From positions 1-53,144 of the forward strand of contig JAUWRD010000001.1 of NCBI GenBank assembly GCA_030610765.1: a stretch of 53,144 nt of DNA. The letters run 5' to 3'. This document shows, in pieces, positions 16,699 through 25,391 of this stretch. The position numbers and the translations under genes are program-made. Source of the stretch: Actinomycetes bacterium (GTDB lineage: Bacteria; Actinomycetota; Aquicultoria; CAJVYJ01; JAUVQD01). The notes beneath the pieces are model-generated. The model was not told the DNA's origin, ran no database searches, and worked only from the letters and a program-made list of their open reading frames with translations. Positions within the stretch are counted from its first letter, which is position 1, and each line of letters begins with the position of its first letter.

Positions 16699-17769
16699 AT
16701 GAGGGATCTGGATGAGATTGTTTTAGGTATTACAGACTTAGACGCGGAGCACATGAAGGCTGCTCAGGAGCGTCAAAATACACTAACTAAGCCAGCTGGA
16801 AGTCTAGGCATTCTAGAGCAAATATCGATTAGGCTAGCCGGCATGCAGGGGACCACTCGGCCTGTGATCGGGAAGAAGACTGTCATTGTTATGGCTGGAG
16901 ATCATGGCATTACCGAGGAAGGGGTTAGCGCGTATCCAGCAGATGTGACCGCTCAAATGGTCTATAATTTTGCGGCCGGTGGCGCCGCGGTGAATGTTTT
17001 AGCAAAACAAGCCGAAGCGAATGTAGTCGTTGTTGATGTCGGAGTCAACCAAGTCATTGACAGTAAACAGGTTATAGCGAAGAAAGTTCGGCCTGGTACC
17101 GCAAACATGACAAAGGGCCCCGCGATGACCCGAGATGAAGCTTTGGCCGCGATTTTTGTCGGAGTTGAAATAGCCGAAGAAGTTATCGCTAAGGGAGCTT
17201 CTTTGATAGCTACCGGAGATATGGGTATCGGAAACACGAGCGCCAGCAGCGCGATTATTTCGATCTTGGGATCGATTGAATTAAAAGACATAGTTGGAAG
17301 GGGAACCGGCGTTGACGATGAGGGCTTTGACAGAAAACTATTGGCGATTAGAAAAGCGATTGACGTCAATAAGCCTGATTCACAAGATCCGCTCGATGTT
17401 TTGCACAAGGTCGGTGGTTTAGAGATTGCGGGCTTGAGCGGGGTTATCATGGCTTGCGCACGCCGGCGCACGCCAGTTGTAATTGACGGTTTCATCTCTA
17501 GCGCGGCGGCGCTGGTAGCGGCAAAGATTGCCCCAAAATCTGTAAACTATATGATAGCATCGCATTTATCTGCTGAATCCGGACACTCTCTCGCACTCGC
17601 GGAAGTTGGATTAACACCAATGCTACACATGAATATGCGACTTGGTGAAGGGAGTGGAGCCGTTATTGCCATGAATATCATTCACTCAGCGGCCAAGCTT
17701 ATGCAAGATATGGCTACATTTGAAGAGGCCAGTGTTTCCGAAGAAATACCTGTCGAAAAGATTAAATAA
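16699..17769 (+). CDS. cobT: nicotinate-nucleotide--dimethylbenzimidazole phosphoribosyltransferase
   Basis: Family-typical LTKPAGSLG.LE, GDMGIGNT and RLGEGSGA motifs. Confidence 0.9.
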   Translation: MRDLDEIVLGITDLDAEHMKAAQERQNTLTKPAGSLGILEQISIRLAGMQGTTRPVIGKKTVIVMAGDHGITEEGVSAYPADVTAQMVYNFAAGGAAVNVLAKQAEANVVVVDVGVNQVIDSKQVIAKKVRPGTANMTKGPAMTRDEALAAIFVGVEIAEEVIAKGASLIATGDMGIGNTSASSAIISILGSIELKDIVGRGTGVDDEGFDRKLLAIRKAIDVNKPDSQDPLDVLHKVGGLEIAGLSGVIMACARRRTPVVIDGFISSAAALVAAKIAPKSVNYMIASHLSAESGHSLALAEVGLTPMLHMNMRLGEGSGAVIAMNIIHSAAKLMQDMATFEEASVSEEIPVEKIK

Positions 17770-17789
17770 AAGTGGTGTTTGTAATATAA

Positions 17790-18560
17790 ATGATCGTTCT
17801 TGATCAAATAAATTACCTTTTGATTGCGATAAGTTTCTTGACGATAATACCGATCAAGACTTTTGCGAGACCGGAAAAATCATCTCTCGGAAACTCAATG
17901 GCATATTTCCCCATTGTGGGTCTGATAATGGGAGGGCTGGGAGCGGTCTTAAGCTTAACTCTCGACCAAATCATGCCTACCCAGGCAAGCAATGTGCTAA
18001 TAATTTTATTTTTTGTAGTAATAACCGGCGGATTACACCTTGACGGGCTAGCCGATACAGTTGATGCCATAGCAAGCGGCCAAGAGAGACGCGGAAAACT
18101 GAAGGTCATGAAAGATGGGGCCATAGGCCCGATGGGAGTGGCCGCTGTTACAATTGTTTTGCTCTTGCAATTCATCTTCCTCAACAACTTAACGGCCACG
18201 CCAAGACTTCTTGCGATCATTGTTGTGCCGGCGATTGCCAGGTGGCCTATGGTTCTCCTGTTGTGGAGACTACCTGCTGCTCGCAAAGATGGTCTAGCCC
18301 ATATCTTTACTAAAGAAACTAGATTTGCAAGCTTTCTGATTTCCAGCATTTTCACGTTAGTAATAATCGCGGGGGCATCCTACAGGTTGGGTTGGGCAAA
18401 TCTGCTGATCATCCCGATTTTGATCTTGATAGCCGTTTTTGCGGCCAAAGTATTCCGCTATTTTTTTGGTGGAACCACCGGAGACACCTTGGGAGCCACC
18501 GTGGAATTATCAGCAGTCATAATTTTTTTAGCGATCAGCCTATTATCAACTTATGCTTAA
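17790..18560 (+). CDS. cobS: adenosylcobinamide-GDP ribazoletransferase (cobalamin synthase)
   Basis: Polytopic membrane protein with the HLDGLADTVD motif. Confidence 0.9.
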   Translation: MIVLDQINYLLIAISFLTIIPIKTFARPEKSSLGNSMAYFPIVGLIMGGLGAVLSLTLDQIMPTQASNVLIILFFVVITGGLHLDGLADTVDAIASGQERRGKLKVMKDGAIGPMGVAAVTIVLLLQFIFLNNLTATPRLLAIIVVPAIARWPMVLLLWRLPAARKDGLAHIFTKETRFASFLISSIFTLVIIAGASYRLGWANLLIIPILILIAVFAAKVFRYFFGGTTGDTLGATVELSAVIIFLAISLLSTYA

Positions 18561-19695
18561 GATAATTTTGGCGCGTCACGCCGAAACGATTTGGAATGAA
18601 GAACGCCGGTATATTGGGCGAGCCGACCTAGGCCTGTCTCGGCTTGGAAAAGACAACAGCAGGTTGCTGGCCTCACATCTAAAAAACCAGCCGATAATAA
18701 AAATCGTCTCAAGCAGCATGAAGAGAGCAACTCAGACAGCAGAAATCGTGAATCTTTCTCACCATCAAGATATTCTTCGTCAACCCCTACTTAATGAAAT
18801 AAATTTTGGCATTTGGGAGGGCTTAACTCACGATGAAATAGTTGAGCAACACCCCGAGCTGGTAAAGAGGTGGTTTAAAGATCCTTTTTCAACTGATATT
18901 CCTGAAGGCGAGCCCTGGAGGGTTTTTGCGGATCGCGTTTGGTCTGGTTGGTTGAGCGTCGTTAATTCGCTGCACGAACACTCCCCGCAAAGAGAAAGCG
19001 CAGATGAAGCGAAGATAGTTTTGATAGTTACACATGCGGGATGCATCAAGAACATTCTGGCGAGAATATTAGGCCGGGAACCACAAAAGGCATGGCATAT
19101 ATATCAAGACAAAGGAGCGCTCAACCACCTGATCTACAAAGACGGTAATATTAAGATAGCAAGAATCAATGATACGGATTACCGGAGCTCAAAAAAGCGC
19201 AATATTCCTGAGATCAAAACTTGCGACAGCGCAAACAAGGAAGACCTGCACTTTGTAATAAGCAAAGCTTCCGCTGCCTATGCCAGGATATTTGGTGAAA
19301 CCTTTGATCCAGCAAACTATATGTCCATGGCTGAACTAACCAAAGAAATGGAAGAGATGAGTTTTTTTGGAATTGTGCAAGGCGGCCTGATGATCGCGGC
19401 CGGCGCCTACCAGGCGAAAGCAGACGTCGCGCTCATGCGTCATCTTTATGTGCTACCTGCCTGCCAGGGGCAGGGCATGGGAAGCCGTCTTTTGAGCCAC
19501 ATTGAAGGGGTTGCTAAAACAGATGGTCAGCATGAGCTTCTGGTGGGCACATACGAAAAAAACCGGGAAGCTATCGATTTCTACGTTAAACAAGGCTTTA
19601 AGATATCTCAAGACTCCCAGCGGCTACTAAAGAAGTACTGGGATATTCCACAGAGGCAAGCAGAAATATCGATAGTTTTCTCCAAACGACTGTGA
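18553..19695 (+). CDS. cobC: alpha-ribazole phosphatase (histidine phosphatase family) fused to a C-terminal GNAT acetyltransferase domain
   Basis: N-terminal LARHAETIWNEERRYIGRADLGLS and a later VTHAG (RHG-type phosphatase). The C-terminal 150 aa or so carry GNAT motif A (LYVLPACQGQGMGSRLLSHIE). Overlaps the cobS end by 8 nt. Confidence 0.75.
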   Translation: MLKIILARHAETIWNEERRYIGRADLGLSRLGKDNSRLLASHLKNQPIIKIVSSSMKRATQTAEIVNLSHHQDILRQPLLNEINFGIWEGLTHDEIVEQHPELVKRWFKDPFSTDIPEGEPWRVFADRVWSGWLSVVNSLHEHSPQRESADEAKIVLIVTHAGCIKNILARILGREPQKAWHIYQDKGALNHLIYKDGNIKIARINDTDYRSSKKRNIPEIKTCDSANKEDLHFVISKASAAYARIFGETFDPANYMSMAELTKEMEEMSFFGIVQGGLMIAAGAYQAKADVALMRHLYVLPACQGQGMGSRLLSHIEGVAKTDGQHELLVGTYEKNREAIDFYVKQGFKISQDSQRLLKKYWDIPQRQAEISIVFSKRL

Positions 19696-19718
19696 TGGCG
19701 CCGTGATAAAATGAGCTC

Positions 19719-20216
19719 ATGAGGGATGACAAAAAACAAATCGGTTTAGCTCAGGTTAAGGTCAGCTTAATTGAAACCTTAAGCCAAATGGAGCGATCAG
19801 TGAGGGAGCTGTTTCCCGGTTCTTCATTTGATATCTCCGAATCCCTCCTTGAAACCCTCAAGGTCGACCGAGAGCGTCTGGACAATAAAATAGAGCGCAC
19901 TTGCCAGGCCCTTGAAGTCTTGTCTGGCGCGCTTTGGATAAGGGAGAAACCTTGTGATAATGAGAAGCAAAAAGAAGATCATCTTATTGCTGTCGACTAC
20001 CTATACGCTCAGGCCATAGATCTTGTTGTAACAATTAATGAACCAGCAATTATCTCGATTTTAGCGCGCGTGATTACTCAATCCGCGGAAGCGAAGCTAT
20101 TGGAGAACGGACTCAACTACAAAGAATTCCTGCAAAGGGCAGAGCGCGAAATAGCTTTGCATCTTCGCGATTTGTATGATGAAGGAGAAAATGCGAACCA
20201 GAAAACCAGTTTCTAA
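19719..20216 (+). CDS. hypothetical protein; possibly the small non-catalytic subunit of a heteromeric prenyl diphosphate synthase
   Basis: 165-aa helical-looking protein directly upstream of the polyprenyl synthase gene, overlapping its listed ORF by 41 nt. No DDxxD motif. Assignment rests on context only. Confidence 0.3.
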   Translation: MRDDKKQIGLAQVKVSLIETLSQMERSVRELFPGSSFDISESLLETLKVDRERLDNKIERTCQALEVLSGALWIREKPCDNEKQKEDHLIAVDYLYAQAIDLVVTINEPAIISILARVITQSAEAKLLENGLNYKEFLQRAEREIALHLRDLYDEGENANQKTSF

Positions 20217-21153
20217 AGGCGTTCTTGTCGAACTTAAAAGATTTGAGGCAAGGTTTTTGTCGGTGATCGGGGCGAGCGCCCGCGATATTTCCGAGCCTTG
20301 CGTCAAAGTCGTAGAAGCCGGGGGCAAAAGGCTTCGACCGGCGTTAGTTATTATCTGCGCAAATCTTGGAAACAAGACCAATAGTGAAGAATTATTTCTC
20401 TCAGCAATGGGAGTAGAACTTGTCCATCTTGCCTCCCTTGTTCATGATGATATCTTAGATGCCGCCAAAACCCGACGCGGTGTTCCTACTATCAACGAGA
20501 GTTACGGTGAGAAACAGGCGATCTTAATTGGGGACTACTTGTTTGGATTATCATTCCAACTTCTCTCCGACTGCGGAAATAATTCATTAATAACTCCGCT
20601 AGCTAGCGCCTCTCTTTTTCTTAGCGAGGGCGAGCTCCGCCAAAGAAGGGATTTGCGCCGTCTTGATCAATCTGTTCACGACTATTTGGATCGCATTTAC
20701 GCTAAAACAGCCGCGTTATTTGAAGCTTCTTGCTCAATGGGGGCAATAATCGGAGGTCTTTCATCTGTCGATCAAGAACGTCTTCGCGAGTATGCTCGGG
20801 GCCTTGGAATTGCCTTTCAAATATATGACGACATCTTGGATTTTACCGGCGACAAGAAAGTTCTCGGGAAACCGACCGGAAACGACATCCGAGAGGGCAC
20901 AGTGACTCTGCCGATGATATTTGCCCTTGAAAAGAACTGCCTGGAACTAGCGGAAGCGATTGATGATCCGGCTCAAGAGAAGGTTGAAGAGGCTGTTGTG
21001 GCAGTTAAGGGCTGTGGCGCAATTGAGCAAGCCAGGTCGCTGGCAAAAGAGTATGTGGAAAAAGCAGAGGCTGCAGCAGGAAACTTAAGGGAATCGCAGG
21101 GGAAAAAAGACTTAATATCGCTTGGCAAGTTTGTTATCGACAGGTATCATTAG
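20176..21153 (+). CDS. trans-polyprenyl diphosphate synthase (medium/long chain)
   Basis: First and second Asp-rich motifs LVHDDILD and IYDDILDFTGD, and GKRLRP near the N-terminus. The start may be one of the ATGs at 20176, 20179 or 20191. Confidence 0.85.
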   Translation: MMKEKMRTRKPVSKGVLVELKRFEARFLSVIGASARDISEPCVKVVEAGGKRLRPALVIICANLGNKTNSEELFLSAMGVELVHLASLVHDDILDAAKTRRGVPTINESYGEKQAILIGDYLFGLSFQLLSDCGNNSLITPLASASLFLSEGELRQRRDLRRLDQSVHDYLDRIYAKTAALFEASCSMGAIIGGLSSVDQERLREYARGLGIAFQIYDDILDFTGDKKVLGKPTGNDIREGTVTLPMIFALEKNCLELAEAIDDPAQEKVEEAVVAVKGCGAIEQARSLAKEYVEKAEAAAGNLRESQGKKDLISLGKFVIDRYH

Positions 21154-21157
21154 CGGC

Positions 21158-22510
21158 GTGACTAAGACAATACTCTCCGCAAAATGGGTTCTTCCGATAA
21201 CTGATCAGGCACTCAAAAATGCCAGTGTGGTTGTTGAGGATGACAAAATAGTTGAATTAGGTTCAACCGAGGAGCTAGCGAAAAAGTACCCCGACGCGGT
21301 TCTGGAGGATTTTGGCCGGGCAATCATCTTGCCTGGCTTTGTGGATCTTCACACTCATCTTGAATTCAGCGCTATGCGCGGACTTTGCGAAGACCTTGAA
21401 TACACTGGCTGGAAACTCCAATTAACAGAAAAAATCAAACCGCTAGTCTTTGATGATTGGTTAGTATCTGCGCGTTTAGGCGCGATTGAGGCGGCCCAAT
21501 CAGGCATCACGACCATTACCGACATGACAAGTACGGGGGCGAGCCTAAAAGCGGCTAAAGAGATTGGTCTTAGAGGCTTCATGCTTTACGAGCTATCCGG
21601 CATGAATCCTAACTTAATTAAAAGTGTCGTAGATAAAGCAAAGCAGACCGTTTCTAACTGGCAGGAAGAGACTGACGGATCCTTGCTTCAAATTGGTGTC
21701 GCGCCTCACTCAACTTATTCAGTAAATCCAAGGCTATTCAAAGAGGTGGGGGATTGGGCCCGGAAAGACAAGCTTAAGATATCAATTCACCTCAGTGGCT
21801 CTAAAGATGAATATGATTTTGTTAAATACGGATCATCTCGCCTTGCGGGGGCATATCGCGACCTGATGGGCTGGAGTGACCATCTATGGCAACCCACCGG
21901 AACCTCTCCTGTTAGATACCTTCTTCAATGGGGGCTTTTTGACAACGACGTTTTAGGTGTTCATTGCGTTTATGTTGACGATGACGACATGTCAGCTTTA
22001 AAAGATAACGACGTCGCTGTCGCTCACTGTCCGCGCTGTAGCGCCAAATTGGCCATGGGGATCGCGCCCTTGCGCAAATACCTTAACTTGGGACTCAGAG
22101 TCGGTTTGGGCACAGACAGCCCGGCCAGCAATAATACGATGGATTTCTTTGATGAAATGCGAATCGGGCTCCTGCTTCAACGAGCCGCGAACCATAGCGT
22201 AACCGAAAATGAGTCAGAATCCTTCATAAAGTTGGCGACTTACGGAGGAGCGCAGGCTTTGGGGATGGAAAAAGATATAGGCTCTCTTGTGCCGGGAAAG
22301 CAGGCTGATATTACAGTTGTTGATATGTCGCATAGCCACCAAAGACCATTGACCGATCCATATTCCGCGCTCGTACACACAGCTAATCAAGAAGATATTA
22401 TGCTAACAATGGTTGCGGGTAAGATCATTTATTCAGATCAGACAACAATTGGTCCAGATACTGAAGAAACTTTGCAGAAAATTGAGTCGGTTAGAGCAAA
22501 GCTGAGGTAG
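21158..22510 (+). CDS. amidohydrolase-family deaminase (MTA/SAH deaminase MtaD-like or aminodeoxyfutalosine deaminase-like)
   Basis: ILPGFVDLHTHLEFS metal-binding motif, a HSTYS-type motif, HCV.. and GTDS. I prefer the GTG at 21158 (VTKTILSAKWVLPI), 4 nt after the upstream stop, over the listed 21122. Confidence 0.7.
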   Translation: MTKTILSAKWVLPITDQALKNASVVVEDDKIVELGSTEELAKKYPDAVLEDFGRAIILPGFVDLHTHLEFSAMRGLCEDLEYTGWKLQLTEKIKPLVFDDWLVSARLGAIEAAQSGITTITDMTSTGASLKAAKEIGLRGFMLYELSGMNPNLIKSVVDKAKQTVSNWQEETDGSLLQIGVAPHSTYSVNPRLFKEVGDWARKDKLKISIHLSGSKDEYDFVKYGSSRLAGAYRDLMGWSDHLWQPTGTSPVRYLLQWGLFDNDVLGVHCVYVDDDDMSALKDNDVAVAHCPRCSAKLAMGIAPLRKYLNLGLRVGLGTDSPASNNTMDFFDEMRIGLLLQRAANHSVTENESESFIKLATYGGAQALGMEKDIGSLVPGKQADITVVDMSHSHQRPLTDPYSALVHTANQEDIMLTMVAGKIIYSDQTTIGPDTEETLQKIESVRAKLR

Positions 22511-22933
22511 ATGAGCGAAAAAGGCGTAGTCGTACGTGTTAATGGAGATCACGCAGTGGTCGAAATGCAGGCCTCCAAAGATTGCGAGGCTTGCGGGGCC
22601 TGTCGGTATAGCCGGGAAGGGCGCATGGTGGCGACAGTCCGGAACCGACTAAACGCCAATGTAGGCGATTCCGTAGATATTGAGATTGAACCCAAAGTAG
22701 TTATTGCCGCGGCACTTGTAGTTTATATGTTGCCCATAGTTATGTTTTTTCTTGGTTACGCGATCGGCATCGTAGTTGGCGGTCTACTAAATAATCAATC
22801 CGAAATAGTAGGAATTATGGGCGGCCTGATTTTTTTAGCTTTTTCATATTTGGCGATGCGAAGAATCGATAAACGCGCGGGGATCAGCCGACGTTTTGAA
22901 CCTAGAATGTGCGACGTCAAGCCAACTCTCTAA
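22511..22933 (+). CDS. RseC/MucC-family (SoxR-reducing-system type) small membrane protein
   Basis: N-terminal GVVVRVNGDHAVVEMQASKDCEACGAC followed by two TM helices, the typical architecture of this family. Confidence 0.6.
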   Translation: MSEKGVVVRVNGDHAVVEMQASKDCEACGACRYSREGRMVATVRNRLNANVGDSVDIEIEPKVVIAAALVVYMLPIVMFFLGYAIGIVVGGLLNNQSEIVGIMGGLIFLAFSYLAMRRIDKRAGISRRFEPRMCDVKPTL

Positions 22934-23013
22934 TAAATATATTCGCAAAAAAACACACCAGAAATGCCCTCTCAATATTCCCGTCCAAACAACCGTGATA
23001 TTTTTGAAAAGTG

Positions 23014-23022
23014 TGATATAAT
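23014..23022 (+). promoter_or_regulatory. extended -10 promoter candidate TGATATAAT
   Basis: TG-N-TATAAT lies 24 nt upstream of ATG 23046, which has an AGGAGG SD. No good -35. Confidence 0.35.
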
Positions 23023-23045
23023 TCCAGAAAAATAACCAGGAGGTT

Positions 23046-23498
23046 ATGAAATTGGCAGACGATAAAGATAAAAAAGACACGGACGAAAGTAAAAACAAGA
23101 AGGTTAAACCATCAAAGGGGAAACCGGTCGCAAAAGCAAAAGATGCCGTCGTGGCTGAGAACGTCAATGTGGCAGAGCAAAAGATTTCTCTTCTCCTGGC
23201 ACTCGGTCTAATCATCGGATCACTAGTAATTGGCCTTGGAGTTGGTTACGCGGTTGCCCCGAAGGCAGCTTCGATCGATTATGGGGGCACGCAAGACCCG
23301 GGGGCGAGCGCACCGTCACTCACACCCGAGCAGCTCAACACCGAGCAACTTCCGCCAAGCCACCCCGCAATTCCGGGCGCGGAAGACGCTTCCGGTAGCG
23401 AATCAACTGCTGCGCCGAGCGATGGCGATCAAGAAGCGACACCAGATGCTGAAGAGGGCGCGACGGACGAGAGCGGCTCTGATCAAGACACCGAATAA
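23046..23498 (+). CDS. hypothetical single-pass membrane protein with Lys-rich N-terminus and acidic Pro/Ser-rich C-terminus
   Basis: Strong SD. One TM helix (ISLLLALGLIIGSLVIGLGVGYAV). Low-complexity flanks. A terminator follows. Confidence 0.5.
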   Translation: MKLADDKDKKDTDESKNKKVKPSKGKPVAKAKDAVVAENVNVAEQKISLLLALGLIIGSLVIGLGVGYAVAPKAASIDYGGTQDPGASAPSLTPEQLNTEQLPPSHPAIPGAEDASGSESTAAPSDGDQEATPDAEEGATDESGSDQDTE

Positions 23499-23556
23499 GA
23501 ACGGTTTTTGTTAGAGTACGTGTAGATTTATAAAAAGTTTCATATTTATTAATAAT

Positions 23557-23591
23557 AAGGGCTACACTTAAAGTAGCCCTTATTTATTTTT
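23557..23591 (+). terminator. rho-independent terminator
   Basis: AAGGGCTAC (23557-23565), a 7-nt loop, GTAGCCCTT (23573-23581), then ATTTATTTTT. Confidence 0.75.
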
Positions 23592-23618
23592 GACTACGAT
23601 ATTGAGGATTGATGTGAG

Positions 23619-24686
23619 TTGACAAGGAAAAGCCGTGACGAAAAACAGCTGTTAGCTTTAAGCGGATTGCCGTTTGGCATCGGAAGCATGCCAAACAAAG
23701 ACCCGCTTTCAACATGTGAAATGATAGTTGATAATTTTCCCGAGAGCCCATTCTGGCCAGAGCTACCTAAACGTAGTTGGCGAGAATCAATGGGCGTCGA
23801 ACAAGCGCGTGATCTTCCAGGCATGGTGACCGATGAGAAGAATGGTCGTATCTTTTTCGATGCCACTAAGGATATCTCGGGAGATCTTGAAGTCTTCTAC
23901 AATAGCTATCTCGATGATGATATATCGAAATATGCGATCTCGGGCGAATTCCTCTCCGGGCTAGACGCCATGATCACAACGATCAAACGACGTGGCTTAT
24001 CGCCGCTTGTCCTCAAGGGACAGTTGACCGGACCAACTACTCTGGGATTGATCCTGAAAGATCAAAACAATAAAGCACTGCTCTTTAACGAGCAAATGAT
24101 GGATGTTTTGACAAAAGCGACGGCCATGAAGGCCAAATGGCTGGTTCGTTTAATGGAAAAATACTGCGAGGTGCCGATCGTCTTTTTTGATGAACCAATG
24201 CTTCAATCTATCGGATCCGCCTCAGTCCCCATCGACAAGGATATGGCGATTAAAAGGCTTAAGGAAATCATTGACTCTGTAGATTGCTTGACCGGTGGTC
24301 ATTGTTGCGGAAACACAGATTGGTCGATTTTGATGGCTGCTGGAAACGATATAATTGCTTTCGACGCCTGGAGTTACCTTGACACCATAACCCTCTATGC
24401 GGAAGAGCTAAAAGATTTTATTGAGAATGACGGATTTCTGGCTTGGGGCATAATACCGGCTTCGGCGGAAGGGGCAAGCGTCGGTGTTGAAGAGCTCAAA
24501 AGCCGACTGCAAAGCGGTTTTTCAAAAGTTGCCCTTAAAACCGGCCTGTCCAAGAAGAAACTTGCGAAGCATAGCGTTATTACTCCTGGCTGCGGATTAG
24601 GGAGCCTAAGCGTTGATCAGGCACGTGTTATTCTAGAGAAGACCTCTGCGATCTCAGGAAAAGATTTTGAGCACCTAACCTTATAA
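23619..24686 (+). CDS. MetE catalytic-domain-like (Meth_synt_2 family) zinc methyltransferase, short 'core-MetE'-type
   Basis: LPFGIGSMP near the N-terminus (compare GSFPR in MetE), GGHCCG (H-x-C zinc ligands) and ITPGCGLGS (compare PDCGLK). 355 aa, so it lacks the N-terminal MetE domain. Start (TTG) uncertain. Confidence 0.5.
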   Translation: MTRKSRDEKQLLALSGLPFGIGSMPNKDPLSTCEMIVDNFPESPFWPELPKRSWRESMGVEQARDLPGMVTDEKNGRIFFDATKDISGDLEVFYNSYLDDDISKYAISGEFLSGLDAMITTIKRRGLSPLVLKGQLTGPTTLGLILKDQNNKALLFNEQMMDVLTKATAMKAKWLVRLMEKYCEVPIVFFDEPMLQSIGSASVPIDKDMAIKRLKEIIDSVDCLTGGHCCGNTDWSILMAAGNDIIAFDAWSYLDTITLYAEELKDFIENDGFLAWGIIPASAEGASVGVEELKSRLQSGFSKVALKTGLSKKKLAKHSVITPGCGLGSLSVDQARVILEKTSAISGKDFEHLTL

Positions 24687-24700
24687 TACTACGCTCTTAG

Positions 24701-24729
24701 TTTACTTCCAACCTGCTTCAATCTATAAT
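24701..24729 (+). promoter_or_regulatory. sigma70-like promoter of comEA
   Basis: TTTACT(24701-24706)-17 nt-TATAAT(24724-24729). ATG 24740 lies only 10 nt after the -10 and has no SD. Confidence 0.45.
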
Positions 24730-24739
24730 TTTAGACATT

Positions 24740-25390
24740 ATGACAATTCCCCCTGATTTAGGTGACTGGTTCAAAGAACAAATAAGTTCGCTAAAAGAAC
24801 AGACGCGGTTTAGTCGATCTCAAGTTATAGTGGTCACCGCGCTGGCAATAGCAATAGCTTTTGCAGGCCTTTTGATTAACAAACAAACTCGGATTACAAA
24901 ACCAAGAATCGAACAACCCAAGCGTCGTGCCGTCGTCAAGAAAAAAGAGAAGGCGATTAAGCAGATATATGTCCACGTCGGGGGTTCTGTCCTGAGGCCC
25001 GGTTTATATCGATTGCAGCTTGGAGCCCGAGCCGCTGAGGCTGTACAATCAGCCGGTGGGGTCGTTGAAGACGGCGATATCGACGCTATTAACCTTGCAA
25101 CCAAGCTGACGGATGGTCAGAAGATCATCGTGCCTAAAATCAGAAGCATAACTGAGGCAACTTCACCTCTGATCTATGACGCGGATTCTGAGGGTCCACT
25201 GGTTAATCTAAATACGGCTGCAACGACGCAACTTGATACCTTGGATGTCATTGTACCGGTTCTGGCAGGAAGAATAGTTGGTTGGCTACAAAAACACGGT
25301 AGGTTTAAGAACATTCGGCAACTCAACGATGTCAGCGGCATTGGTCCAAAAAAATATGAGCAAATCAAAGACTCTGTCAAAGTAGAATAG
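24740..25390 (+). CDS. comEA: competence protein ComEA (SLBB plus helix-hairpin-helix DNA-binding domain)
   Basis: TM anchor, IYVHVGGSVLRPGLY (SLBB) and C-terminal VNLNTA...L..VSGIGPKKYEQI (HhH). Confidence 0.8.
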   Translation: MTIPPDLGDWFKEQISSLKEQTRFSRSQVIVVTALAIAIAFAGLLINKQTRITKPRIEQPKRRAVVKKKEKAIKQIYVHVGGSVLRPGLYRLQLGARAAEAVQSAGGVVEDGDIDAINLATKLTDGQKIIVPKIRSITEATSPLIYDADSEGPLVNLNTAATTQLDTLDVIVPVLAGRIVGWLQKHGRFKNIRQLNDVSGIGPKKYEQIKDSVKVE

Positions 25391-25391
25391 C

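Noticed and set aside
16962-18355. Long antisense ORFs inside cobT and cobS (177 aa and 180 aa). Similar ones lie inside coaBC (44005..44445), rpoD (41534..41899), comEC, fmt and the response regulator.
   Set aside because: Each lies wholly within a gene with unmistakable family motifs on the other strand. They have low-complexity Ala/Ser/Pro/Arg-rich translations and no start-site signals, as expected for chance antisense frames.
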